Shown: positions 25,685-34,795 of the stretch, piece by piece
Layout of the letters: each line of letters begins with the position of its first letter
Numbering within the stretch: position 1 is the stretch's first letter
Assembly (NCBI GenBank): GCA_036272295.1
Contig: DATAYZ010000148.1
Span: forward strand, 2,128 to 66,127
Source: Steroidobacteraceae bacterium
GTDB taxonomy: Bacteria > Pseudomonadota > Gammaproteobacteria > Steroidobacterales > Steroidobacteraceae
Reading direction: 5' to 3'
DNA length: 64,000 nucleotides
Notes under the pieces: generated by a model
Told to the model about the DNA's origin: nothing
The model's database searches: none
The model's input: the letters and a program-made list of their open reading frames with translations, nothing else
Made by a program: the position numbers and the translations under genes

Positions 25685-27113
25685 GGACCTCGCGCGCGAC
25701 CTGGTATTCGTCGATCTGGAAACGACGGGCGGAAGCTTGAGTTTCGACCGGATCACCGAGATCGGCATCGTGCGTCTGCGCGCCGGCGGCGAGCTCGAGG
25801 AATGGAGCTCTTTGGTCAATCCCGGGCGGCACATTCCCGACGGGATTGCAGCGTTCAACGGCATCACCGACGAGATGGTTGCGGCTGCGCCGCGCTTCGC
25901 GCAGATCGCACGTACGGTGCGCGACAAGCTCGAGGGCGCTCTGTTCGTCGCGCACAACGCGCGCTTCGACTATTCCTTCCTGCGCAGCGAGATGCGCCAG
26001 GCGGAGCTCGGTTTCAGCGCCCCGGTGCTCTGCACGGTGAAGCTCTCGCGCCGGCTGTTTCCCGAGCACGTGCACCACAATCTCGACTCCGTGATGCAGC
26101 GGAACGGGCTTGTCTGCGACGCGCGGCATCGCGCGCTCGGCGACGCGCGCGTGATACGCGACTTCTGGATGAGGCTGCGCGGCGAGCTGCCCGAACCCGA
26201 GCTTGCCCGGGCGGTGGAGGGCGCAATCGGCGCTCACAAGCTGCCTGCTCAATTGCCCGCCGACCTCGCCGACGAGCTGCCCGAAGCGCCCGGCGCCTAT
26301 CGATTGTTCGCAGCGGACGATGCGCTTCTCTACGTCGGCAGGAGCGACTCGCTGCGTACCGGCATCTGCGGCCGGTTGAGCGCGGATCATGCGGATGCGG
26401 ACGGCCGGCGCCTGGCCGAGGAGGTCCGCCGCATCGACTGGATGGAGACCGCCGGGCCGCTTGGTGCGCTGCTCCTGCAGGCTCGATGGATCAAGGCCGG
26501 CAAACCTCCGCGCAACCGGCGCGCGAAGCAGGGCGGGGAGGCACACACCCTGCGCGCCGGCGCGAGGATCGGAGCCGTGCCGATCGCCGGTCTCGACCGC
26601 GCCGACCTCATGGAATGCTTCGGCCTGTTTCACTCCGAGAAGGACGCGCTCCGGGCGCTGATGGAGATTGCACGCGCGAGGGAGCTTTGTCTCAAGGTGC
26701 TCGGGCTCGAGGCGGGCGAAGGCTCCTGCTTCGCGCACCAGATGGGCAAGTGCAAGGGCGCCTGCATGGGCAAGGAGGCCGCCGCGCTGCACGACATGCG
26801 CGTCCGTCTCGCGCTCGCGTCGCTCAAGCTCAAGGCGTGGCCGTTTCGCGGACGGATCGCGCTTCGAGAGCGGCCGCCGTGGGGCGGTGCGCCGGAATTC
26901 GGGCCCGCCGCGGACCTGCACGTCATCGATCGCTGGGTCTACGTCGGTACGGCGCGCACGGAAGAGGAGCTCGCCGCGCTGGCCGCGCGGGAATCGGATG
27001 CGGATTTCGACGCGGACATCTACCGGATACTGGTCAGGTATCTCGCCAAGCATCCCAGGGCCGATTGGATCGAGCTGCGCGCCGCCGCGCCGAATTCCGT
27101 GAGCCTCGACTGA
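25671..27113 (+). CDS. DnaQ-like 3'-5' exonuclease fused to a GIY-YIG (UvrC/Cho-like) nuclease domain
   Basis: ExoI LVFVDLETTGG, ExoII FVAHNARFDYSFL, ExoIII HRALGDARV. Then PEAPGAYRLFAADDALLYVGRSDSLRTGI (GIY-YIG-like). Overlaps the aguB end by 14 bp. Confidence 0.75.
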   Translation: MAAAEDLARDLVFVDLETTGGSLSFDRITEIGIVRLRAGGELEEWSSLVNPGRHIPDGIAAFNGITDEMVAAAPRFAQIARTVRDKLEGALFVAHNARFDYSFLRSEMRQAELGFSAPVLCTVKLSRRLFPEHVHHNLDSVMQRNGLVCDARHRALGDARVIRDFWMRLRGELPEPELARAVEGAIGAHKLPAQLPADLADELPEAPGAYRLFAADDALLYVGRSDSLRTGICGRLSADHADADGRRLAEEVRRIDWMETAGPLGALLLQARWIKAGKPPRNRRAKQGGEAHTLRAGARIGAVPIAGLDRADLMECFGLFHSEKDALRALMEIARARELCLKVLGLEAGEGSCFAHQMGKCKGACMGKEAAALHDMRVRLALASLKLKAWPFRGRIALRERPPWGGAPEFGPAADLHVIDRWVYVGTARTEEELAALAARESDADFDADIYRILVRYLAKHPRADWIELRAAAPNSVSLD

Positions 27114-27114
27114 G

Positions 27115-29334
27115 GTGATCGAGGACGTTCGCTATTGGATCGCGACGGCGCCGATCGGCGCCGCGTCGGTGCTCGCCGAGGAGCTGGCGCAGCTCGGCGC
27201 GACCGACATCAAGGAGCGCAGCCACGACGTCAAATTCCAGGGACCCCTCGAGGTCGGCTATCGGGCCTGCCTCTGGTCGCGCACGGCGACGCGGGTGCTG
27301 CTCAGCCTCGGCTCCATCCCCGCGGATTCGACCGACCAGCTCCATGAGGCCGTGCGCCGCCGCGACTGGCGCGAGCACCTGCGTCCGGGTGCGACGCTCG
27401 CCTGCGATTGCACCGGCGGCAACGCCGTGATCCGCCATACCATCTACGGCTCTCAGCTCCTCAAGGACGCGGTCTGCGACAGCCTGCGCGAGTCGACGGG
27501 CGAGCGGCCCAACATCCGTCCGGAGCGGCCGGACGTGCTTCTGCATCTGCACGTCGAGGGTCCGACGGCGCTCCTCTCGTTGGATTTCTCCGGCGAGAGC
27601 CTGCATCGGCGCGGATATCGCATCGAAGGCGGCCGGGCGCCGGTCAAGGAAAACGTGGCGGCTGCCGTGCTGCTGCGGTCGGGGTGGGCTGCCGTCCACG
27701 AGCGCGGGGGCACCCTGCTCGATCCCATGTGCGGGTCGGGCACCTTCCTCACGGAGGCCGCGCTGATCGCCGCCGATGCCGCTCCCGCGCTGGATCGGGA
27801 GTACTTCGGCTTCAGCGGCTGGCGCGGCCATGATGCGGCGCTTTGGGACACGCTGCGCTCGGAGGCGCGCGAGCGCCGCGCGGCTCGCACGCCGCGTCGC
27901 TGCATCATCGGCTCCGACATCGACGCCGACGCCGTGCGAACGAGCCTCGCGAACGCGGCGGCCGCCGGCCTTGCCGAGTGGATCCACGTCGAGAAGCGCG
28001 CGCTGCGCGATCTGGCGCGGCCCGGCGGCGAGACCGGCCTCGTGGTGACCAATCCCCCGTACGGCGAGCGCATCGGGGCAGATGCCGAATTGCGCGACCT
28101 TTACGCGGAGCTCGGCCGCGTCCTCAAAGAGCGGTTCTCGGGGTGGGAGGCGGCCGTGCTCACCGCAAACGCGCCCCTCGGCAAGGCGCTCGGGCTGCAC
28201 GCCAGGCGCGCGCACCGGTTCTTCAATGGCGCCATCGAGTGCCGGCTCCTCAGGTTCGATGTGAACGATGCAAGCGCGGCGGCGCCGCGCGAGGAAGTCC
28301 GCGCCGCGTGGTCCGGGCGGCCGGGCGCGCAGATGTTCGCCAACCGCCTGGCCAAGAATCTGCAGCGGCTCGGCGACTGGGCGGCGCGCGAAGGCATCGA
28401 GTGCTACCGCGTGTACGACGCCGACATGCCGGAATACGCCTTTGCGATCGACCTCTACGGCGCACCGCAGGGCCACGTGTACGTGCAGGAATATGCGGCG
28501 CCGAAGACCGTCGACCTCGAGAGCGCCCGGGCGCGACGCCGCGAGGCGCTGTCGGTCCTGCCGGACGTCCTCGGCGTGCCTCTCGAGCGCATCCACTCGC
28601 GCCTGCGCAAGCAGCAGAAGGGCGACGCGCAGTATGAGAAACGGGGCGGCGGCGCGCCTGCCGCCGCGCGATCGCGCGGCCGGCCGGCCCAGGCCGCAAG
28701 CGGCGGCACGCGCCTCGCCGTGCGCGAGGCCGGCCTCGGGTTCTGGGTGAACTTTCGCGACTACCTCGACACGGGACTCTTCCTGGATCACCGCCTGGTG
28801 CGGGCGCGGGTGCGCGCCGCCGCGAAGGATGCGGATTTCCTCAATCTCTTCTGCTACACGGGCAGTGCCACCGTCTACGCCGCCGCGGGCGGCGCGCGCA
28901 GCACGGTGAGCGTCGACCTGTCGAATACCTATCTCGACTGGGCGCACGACAATCTGCGCCTGAACGGCTTCGACGACCCCAGGCACGAGCTGCATCGCGC
29001 GGACTGCCTGGAATGGCTCGCAGCCCAGGAGCCCGAGGGCGCGCGCTTCGACCTGATCTTTCTCGATCCCCCGACCTTCTCGAACTCCAAGCGGATGCTG
29101 GGCGTGCTCGACGTTCAGCACGATCACGTCGGCATGATCCGCCGCTCGATGAAGCTGCTGCGGGACGCCGGGCGCCTGGTGTTCTCGACCAACTACCGGC
29201 GCTTCAAGCTCGATGCCGCGGCGCTCGCGGACCTCGGCGTCGAGGACATCAGCGCTGCGACCATCCCGCTCGATTTCGAGCGCAATGCACGAATCCATCG
29301 TTGCTTCGTGATCCGGCATCGCAAATCGGTTTGA
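27115..29334 (+). CDS. rlmL: bifunctional 23S rRNA methyltransferase RlmKL (m2G2445 / m7G2069)
   Basis: 739 aa, GTG start. THUMP-containing N-terminus (YRACLWSRTATRVLL). SAM motifs DPMCGSGTFLTEAA and VVTNPPYGERIG. Second methyltransferase domain NLFCYTGSATVYAA, FLDPPTFSNSK. Confidence 0.9.
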   Translation: MIEDVRYWIATAPIGAASVLAEELAQLGATDIKERSHDVKFQGPLEVGYRACLWSRTATRVLLSLGSIPADSTDQLHEAVRRRDWREHLRPGATLACDCTGGNAVIRHTIYGSQLLKDAVCDSLRESTGERPNIRPERPDVLLHLHVEGPTALLSLDFSGESLHRRGYRIEGGRAPVKENVAAAVLLRSGWAAVHERGGTLLDPMCGSGTFLTEAALIAADAAPALDREYFGFSGWRGHDAALWDTLRSEARERRAARTPRRCIIGSDIDADAVRTSLANAAAAGLAEWIHVEKRALRDLARPGGETGLVVTNPPYGERIGADAELRDLYAELGRVLKERFSGWEAAVLTANAPLGKALGLHARRAHRFFNGAIECRLLRFDVNDASAAAPREEVRAAWSGRPGAQMFANRLAKNLQRLGDWAAREGIECYRVYDADMPEYAFAIDLYGAPQGHVYVQEYAAPKTVDLESARARRREALSVLPDVLGVPLERIHSRLRKQQKGDAQYEKRGGGAPAAARSRGRPAQAASGGTRLAVREAGLGFWVNFRDYLDTGLFLDHRLVRARVRAAAKDADFLNLFCYTGSATVYAAAGGARSTVSVDLSNTYLDWAHDNLRLNGFDDPRHELHRADCLEWLAAQEPEGARFDLIFLDPPTFSNSKRMLGVLDVQHDHVGMIRRSMKLLRDAGRLVFSTNYRRFKLDAAALADLGVEDISAATIPLDFERNARIHRCFVIRHRKSV

Positions 29335-29348
29335 GGTAATCTCGGCGC

Positions 29349-30179
29349 ATGAGGAACTCCACGCGAGCCTGGATGGCAGGCGCGGTGCTCGGCGCCGCCT
29401 CGTACGCACCTTGCTTGCGCGCGGCCGATGCCGATGCCATCGATCCGCCGCCGACGGCGCAGGATTGGCAGGCGCTCGGCAAGCTCCCGGATTGGAGCGG
29501 CGTATGGACGCCGGTCATGGCCGACCAATTCGCCCAGGAAAAGACCAACCCGCCGTCCTGGAAGCCCGAAGTTGCCAGGAAAATCGCGCACATGTACGCC
29601 GAGGAAGCCGCCGGCCGGCCGTTCCCGGTGATCGACCACTGCTTTCCGACCGGGATGCCGAGCTGGATGCTGATCTCGCACAATGCCATGGAGATCCTGT
29701 TCACGCCGGGCCGGGTCACGCTCCTCGGGGAAGGCGACGGCAATCGGCTGCGGCGCATCTACACCGACGGCCGGGGCCACCCGCCCGATCCGGATCCCAG
29801 CTTTCACGGCAACTCCGTCGGCCACTGGGAAAAGGACACGCTGGTGGTCGACACCATCGCCGTGCTTCCGGAGGTCTACCTTGCGGTGAACGAGGCTGTT
29901 GGGGCGCCGAACAACGGCGACATGCACGTCGTCGAGCGGCTGCGCCTGATCGGGCCCGACACGCTCGCCGACGATCTGGAGATCACGGCGAACAAGCTGC
30001 TCACCAAGCCGTGGACCACGACCCGAAAGTACTACCGCCAGCGCGCGCGAAAGTACGAGATCGTCGAGGGCGTGTGCACGCAGGGCTCCTTCATCGAGAC
30101 GGTCGACAAGAACGGCAACTCGATCTTTGCGCCCGTGAAGTTCCATGAAGGCGTGCCGGTCGGTTCGGAGACCAAATGA
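29349..30179 (+). CDS. hypothetical secreted protein (partner of the DUF6152 gene)
   Basis: Signal peptide MRNSTRAWMAGAVLGAASYAPCLRA. Ordinary composition. Its stop overlaps the next start (ATGA at 30176-30179). Confidence 0.6.
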   Translation: MRNSTRAWMAGAVLGAASYAPCLRAADADAIDPPPTAQDWQALGKLPDWSGVWTPVMADQFAQEKTNPPSWKPEVARKIAHMYAEEAAGRPFPVIDHCFPTGMPSWMLISHNAMEILFTPGRVTLLGEGDGNRLRRIYTDGRGHPPDPDPSFHGNSVGHWEKDTLVVDTIAVLPEVYLAVNEAVGAPNNGDMHVVERLRLIGPDTLADDLEITANKLLTKPWTTTRKYYRQRARKYEIVEGVCTQGSFIETVDKNGNSIFAPVKFHEGVPVGSETK

Positions 30180-30595
30180 TGCGATTTTGCGTTGTCGCGG
30201 GCGTCATCGCCGTGGTGCTGGCCACGGCGTTCGGTGCGGCCCCACCGGCGCTCGCGCACCATTCCTTCGCGATGTTCGAGCCCACCAAGACCCTGACCCT
30301 CAAGGGCACGGTCAAGGCGTTCCAGTGGACCAATCCGCACGTCGTGCTGTGGGTCATGGTGCAGCCGGACGGCGGTGGCGCGCCGCAGGAGTGGTCGCTC
30401 GAGACCACCAGCCCGGGCGTCCTGACCCGCAACGGCTGGACGCGCAACTCGCTCAAGCCCGGTGATCGGGTGACTGCGGTGATCAGTCCTTTGCGCGACG
30501 GATCGCACGGGGGCAGCTTGAACTCGGTGACGCTCGCCGATACGGGTCAGAAGCTCGTGCCGAGCTTCGGCAAGGAGCAGCCGGGGCTCAAGTAG
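30176..30595 (+). CDS. DUF6152-family protein (small secreted protein)
   Basis: Signal peptide ending ALA, then HHSFAMFEPTKTLTLKGTVKAFQWTNPHVVLWV. Matches my recollection of the DUF6152 N-terminal signature. Confidence 0.65.
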   Translation: MMRFCVVAGVIAVVLATAFGAAPPALAHHSFAMFEPTKTLTLKGTVKAFQWTNPHVVLWVMVQPDGGGAPQEWSLETTSPGVLTRNGWTRNSLKPGDRVTAVISPLRDGSHGGSLNSVTLADTGQKLVPSFGKEQPGLK

Positions 30596-30809
30596 CGCGG
30601 GGCGCCCCATACGCTCCGGCCCGGTCGCGCCCGATTTCGTCTCCGCCGTGGGACCTTTGCGCCGTCGATCGACGTTTCTCGTTATTGGCACCAGTAGTTT
30701 GGCTTGCTCCGGGTATCACCGTCGTGGCCCTCGTATTCACCATCATGCGATATGCGCACTAAGGCCCGATGGCCGCGGCGACCTACCGGCATGCCTCCGG
30801 GCCGATTCG

Positions 30810-32111
30810 CTACAGCAAATCCTTGAGCCGGTAGTACAGCATCGCCAGCACCAGCGACGGCCTCCGGAACATCGGACCGCCGGGGAAGTCGCGGTGAGGA
30901 ATGCGTGCGAACACATCGAAGCGCTCGGCCGTGCCGGCGACCGTTTCGGCCACGAGCTTGCCGGCGAGCCCGGTGAGCGACATGCCGTGACCCGAGAAGC
31001 CCTGCAGGTAATAGACGTTCGGCGCGAGGCGCCCGAAGTTGGGTGCACGGCTCATGGTGATGTCCAGGAAACCGCCCCAGGCGTACTCCACCTTGACGTC
31101 CTCGAGCCTCGGGAAGATGCGGAGCATGCGCCTGCGCATGGATTCGGCGAGCCGCGGCGGCTGAAATGCGCTGTAGCTGACGCGCCCGCCGAACAACAGC
31201 CGATCGTCGGCCGAGCGGCGGAAGTAATCCAGGATCCAGTTGATGTCGGCGACGGCTGCGTTGCTCGGGAGCAGCTCGGCCGCCAGCGCCTCGCCGAGAG
31301 GCCGCGTGGCGATGATGTAGGTGCCGACGCCGAGGATGCGCCGGGCAAGCACCGGCGCGACGGCGCCGAGATAGGCGTTGCCGCAGAGAACCAGGTGGTC
31401 GGCCCGCACCGTCCCCTCCGTGGTGTGAACCGCGACCCTCGGCCCGCCCTCGTAGCGCAGCACCGCGGAGCGCTCGAAGATCTTCGCGCCGGCCTCCTCG
31501 GCGGCGCGGGCCAGGCCTTGGGTGAATTTGAGAGGGTGCAGGTGGCCGCTGTTGGGATCGATGAGCCCCCCGAGATAGCGGTCGCTCCGCACGTGGGCCG
31601 CGAGCTCATCCCGGTCGAGCAGCCGCGGCGACACGTATCCGTACTCGTCCTGCAGCTCCCGCCGCCAGTCCGCGAGCTCGATGAGATGCCGCGGCTTCGT
31701 GGCGACATGGATGTGGTTCGGACGGTAGTCGCAATCGATCCGGTGCTCGCGCATGAGCGCGCGGGTGAGGTCGAGCGCCTCGATCGACAGGTCGAACAGG
31801 CGGTGCGCATCCTCGCGGCCGACCTGGGCGGCGAGCGCCTGCTGGCCGGCGGCAAGGCCGAAGATGACCTGGCCGCCGCTGCGCCCCGAGGCGCCGTAGC
31901 CGACCGTGTGGGCCTCGAGCAGCGCCACCCGATAGCCGCGCTGCGCGAGGTGCAGAGCCGCCGAGCAGCCGGCGATTCCGCCGCCCAACACCGCCACATC
32001 GGCCGAGAGCTCGCCGCGCAGCGGCTCGCGGTGCACCGGATGCGCCAGGGTCGCGGAGCTCGCCGCGGAGGCGGCGTAGTAGGAAGGGGCCGGTGGGAGG
32101 CTCAGTCGCAT
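30810..32111 (-). CDS. puuB: FAD-dependent oxidoreductase, gamma-glutamylputrescine oxidase-like (PuuB/PauB-like)
   Basis: Dinucleotide fold DVAVLGGGIAGCSAALHLAQRGYRVALLE; DAO-family length (433 aa). Divergent from puuD/puuA-like genes. Confidence 0.75.
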   Translation of the reverse strand: MRLSLPPAPSYYAASAASSATLAHPVHREPLRGELSADVAVLGGGIAGCSAALHLAQRGYRVALLEAHTVGYGASGRSGGQVIFGLAAGQQALAAQVGREDAHRLFDLSIEALDLTRALMREHRIDCDYRPNHIHVATKPRHLIELADWRRELQDEYGYVSPRLLDRDELAAHVRSDRYLGGLIDPNSGHLHPLKFTQGLARAAEEAGAKIFERSAVLRYEGGPRVAVHTTEGTVRADHLVLCGNAYLGAVAPVLARRILGVGTYIIATRPLGEALAAELLPSNAAVADINWILDYFRRSADDRLLFGGRVSYSAFQPPRLAESMRRRMLRIFPRLEDVKVEYAWGGFLDITMSRAPNFGRLAPNVYYLQGFSGHGMSLTGLAGKLVAETVAGTAERFDVFARIPHRDFPGGPMFRRPSLVLAMLYYRLKDLL

Positions 32112-32380
32112 GGGTGGGTGGTGGGTGTCAAGTGCTCCAAAAAGGGCGGTCCAAGTGTTTAAGATTTTATGGCTATTGACAGGTCAGGGGCCCTGTGAGC
32201 CTACCCGCGGAAGGGTGCTGCAGGCAATGATGCTGCGTCGCACAAAGCAAGCCTAAGTCGCGGAAATGCCTGAATCTTAGCCAAATGTGTGCGCCGTGAA
32301 GGGACGGGGTCGCGGGCATGTGGTGTAATAGTCCCGTTGGCGACGCTCTACCGTCTGCCTCCACGTTTAAAATACTAAAC

Positions 32381-33133
32381 ATGTCTCGCTTGGCCGTCAT
32401 CGGAATTCCAGCCGACCGCAAGCTGTGCGGGAAACACTATTTTCACATGGTGGGCGAGAAGTACATCGAGCCCATTACGGGGGCGGCCCAGGCCGTCCCG
32501 ATGCTGATACCGGCCCTGGGGCCGGAGATCGATCTGCCTTCCCTGCTGGACGCCTGCGACGGGCTGCTGCTGACGGGCAGTCCTTCGAACGTCGAGCCTC
32601 ATCACTACGGAGGACCGGCCAGCGCGCCGGGTACGCTACATGATCCAGATCGGGATGCTACGACGCTTCCGTTGATCCCACGGGCGATCGACGCCGGCTT
32701 GCCGGTGCTCGCCATCTGCCGTGGCTTTCAAGAGATGAATGTCGCCTATGGGGGCACTTTGCACCAGCGGCTGCACGAGATACCGGGCTATCTCGACCAC
32801 CGCGAGGACGAATCGGCGCCGCTCGAAGCGCAATACGGGCCGGCGCACGAGGTCCTACTGGAGCCTGGAGGGCGGTTGCGACAAATCGCCGGACAGGATC
32901 GCCTGCAAGTCAATTCCCTGCACTGGCAGGGCATCGACAAACTGGGAAAGGGCTTGGCTGTCGAGGCGCGCGCACCGGACGGAGTGGTCGAGGGGTTCCG
33001 GGTCGTCGATGCGCCGAGTTTCGCTCTCAGCGTGCAGTGGCATCCCGAATGGCAGTTCGCAGACAACCCGTTCTCACGCTCGTTGTTCGCGGCGTTCGGT
33101 GAAGCCAGCCGGGAGCGCAAAGGTCAAAGGTGA
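32381..33133 (+). CDS. puuD: gamma-glutamyl-gamma-aminobutyrate hydrolase (class I glutamine amidotransferase, peptidase C26; PuuD-like)
   Basis: ATG at 32381 (MSRLAVIGIPAD). LLLTGSPSNVEPHHYG, nucleophile elbow LAICRGFQEMNV, SVQWHPEW. Confidence 0.85.
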   Translation: MSRLAVIGIPADRKLCGKHYFHMVGEKYIEPITGAAQAVPMLIPALGPEIDLPSLLDACDGLLLTGSPSNVEPHHYGGPASAPGTLHDPDRDATTLPLIPRAIDAGLPVLAICRGFQEMNVAYGGTLHQRLHEIPGYLDHREDESAPLEAQYGPAHEVLLEPGGRLRQIAGQDRLQVNSLHWQGIDKLGKGLAVEARAPDGVVEGFRVVDAPSFALSVQWHPEWQFADNPFSRSLFAAFGEASRERKGQR

Positions 33134-33136
33134 TGT

Positions 33137-34474
33137 ATGCCGAGCACGATTCAGCAATTCTTGAAGGAGCACGGAATCTCCGAGGTCGAGGCCATCATTC
33201 CGGACATGGCCGGCATCGCCCGGGGCAAGCTCATGCCCGCGGAGAAGTTCGCGGAAGAAGAGGGCATGCGGCTTCCGGAGGCGATCTTCCTGCAGACGGT
33301 GACCGGGGACTATCCGGACGATCAGAGCGCGATGAATCCTTCGGACATCGACATCGTGCTCAAGGCCGACCCGAAAACCGTGCGCGTGGTGCCATGGGCC
33401 GCGGAGCCGACCGCGCAGGTCATCCACGATTGCTTCTACGGCGACGGCCGGCCGGTGACGATGTCGCCGCGCTACGTGCTCCGCCGGGTGCTCGAGCTCT
33501 ATGAGGCGCACGGCTGGGAGCCCGTGGTGGCGCCCGAGCTCGAGTTCTTCCTGGTCGAGCCGAACACGGATTCGGACTATCCCCTGAAGCCCCCGGTCGG
33601 CCGCTCGGGCCGGCCCGAGATCGGCCGCCAGGCGTACAGCATCGCCGCCGTGAACGAGTTCGACCCGCTGTTCGACGACATGTATTCGTTCTGCGAGGCG
33701 CAGGACATCGAGATCGACACCCTGATCCACGAAGCCGGCGCGGCGCAGATGGAGATCAACCTGCTGCACGGCTATCCGATGAGCCTGGCGGACCAGGCAT
33801 TCCTGTTCAAGCGCACCGCGCGCGAAGCCGCCATGCGCCACAAGATGTATGCCACGTTCATGGCGAAGCCGATGGCCAAGGAGCCGGGCAGCGCCATGCA
33901 CCTGCATCAGAGCATCGTCGACGTGAAGACGCGGCAGAACATCTTCAGCAATGCGGACGGCTCGCCGTCGGCGCTGTTTTTCGGTCATCTTGCCGGCCTG
34001 CAGAAGTACCTGCCCGGCGCGATGTCCCTGTTTGCGCCGAACGTCAACAGCTACCGGCGCATCAGCCGCTATTCATCGGCGCCGATCAACGTGCACTGGG
34101 GGTATGACAACCGCACGGCGGGCCTGCGCGTCCCGATGTCGGGGCCCGACGCGAGGCGGGTGGAGAACCGGGTGGGCGGCGCCGACGCGAATCCTTACCT
34201 CGCGATCGCGGCGTCACTCGCCTGCGGCTACCTCGGCATGGTGGAGGGGCTGCGCCCGTCCGAGCCGATCGCCGGCTCCGCCTACGACCTCGCCATCGCG
34301 CTGCCCCGGACGCTGGCGGAGGCGTTGCGCCTGCTGCGGGAATCGAAGCCCCTGGTGGACCTCTTCGGCGACCGCTTCGTCCTGGCCTACACCGCCGTCA
34401 AGGAGGCTGAGTACGAGACCTTCGCGCAGGTCATCAGCTCCTGGGAGCGCGAGCACCTCCTCCTCAACGTCTAG
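33137..34474 (+). CDS. puuA: glutamine synthetase-family gamma-glutamylpolyamine synthetase (PuuA/PauA-like)
   Basis: 445 aa. PDMAGIARGKLMP, PELEFFLV, HEAGAAQMEINL, FMAKPM...PGSAMHLHQS, NRTAGLRVP, RVENRVGGADANPYLA. Confidence 0.85.
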   Translation: MPSTIQQFLKEHGISEVEAIIPDMAGIARGKLMPAEKFAEEEGMRLPEAIFLQTVTGDYPDDQSAMNPSDIDIVLKADPKTVRVVPWAAEPTAQVIHDCFYGDGRPVTMSPRYVLRRVLELYEAHGWEPVVAPELEFFLVEPNTDSDYPLKPPVGRSGRPEIGRQAYSIAAVNEFDPLFDDMYSFCEAQDIEIDTLIHEAGAAQMEINLLHGYPMSLADQAFLFKRTAREAAMRHKMYATFMAKPMAKEPGSAMHLHQSIVDVKTRQNIFSNADGSPSALFFGHLAGLQKYLPGAMSLFAPNVNSYRRISRYSSAPINVHWGYDNRTAGLRVPMSGPDARRVENRVGGADANPYLAIAASLACGYLGMVEGLRPSEPIAGSAYDLAIALPRTLAEALRLLRESKPLVDLFGDRFVLAYTAVKEAEYETFAQVISSWEREHLLLNV

Positions 34475-34479
34475 GGAAA

Positions 34480-34722
34480 GCAAGGCGGCCCCCAATTCCC
34501 CTCGACCGACGCTCTCTGGCGCCCGCCCCGCCCGGGTAAGAGTTATGCGGGCACTGCTACCCGTTATAGGGCCCGACGTCCACCTTGGGGCCGTCCAATG
34601 ATCACCGGTCTAGCCGCGGCCTCGAGACCCTTCTGCCGGTAGCAGTGCCCGCATAACTCTTACCCGGGCGGGGCGGGACGCCGGAGAGAGCGGCGGTCGA
34701 GGGGAATTGGGGGCCTCCTTGC
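34480..34722. repeat. 243-bp foldback (long imperfect palindrome) element, copy 1; MITE/REP-like, non-coding
   Basis: Left arm 34480-34561 pairs with right arm 34638-34722 (two mismatches plus 3 bulged nt) around a ~76-nt loop. Starts 6 nt after the puuA-like stop. Its core is homologous to the reverse complement of the element at 63236-63507. Confidence 0.85.
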
Positions 34723-34795
34723 TCATCCACATTCCTGGCGGAGCCCGGCTGACCTGCGCTATAAAGTCCGCCTGAGACACAAGGGGAAGGGGTTG

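Noticed and set aside
27034-29409. 791-aa minus-strand ORF
   Set aside because: It is antisense to rlmKL, whose motifs are unambiguous. The product is a compositionally biased shadow ORF.
30686-30705. TGGCACCAGTAGTTTGGCTTGC, which looks like a -24/-12 promoter
   Set aside because: The spacing from TGGCAC to the TTGC-like element is off by 2 or more nt. It also points into the 3' end of a convergent gene, with nothing to transcribe.
32222-32236. Sigma-54-like element AGGCAATGATGCTGC (GG-N10-GC) upstream of puuD
   Set aside because: Only the GGCA/TGC core matches TGGCAC-N5-TTGCA. No enhancer-binding protein gene is nearby. In GC-rich DNA such matches occur by chance.
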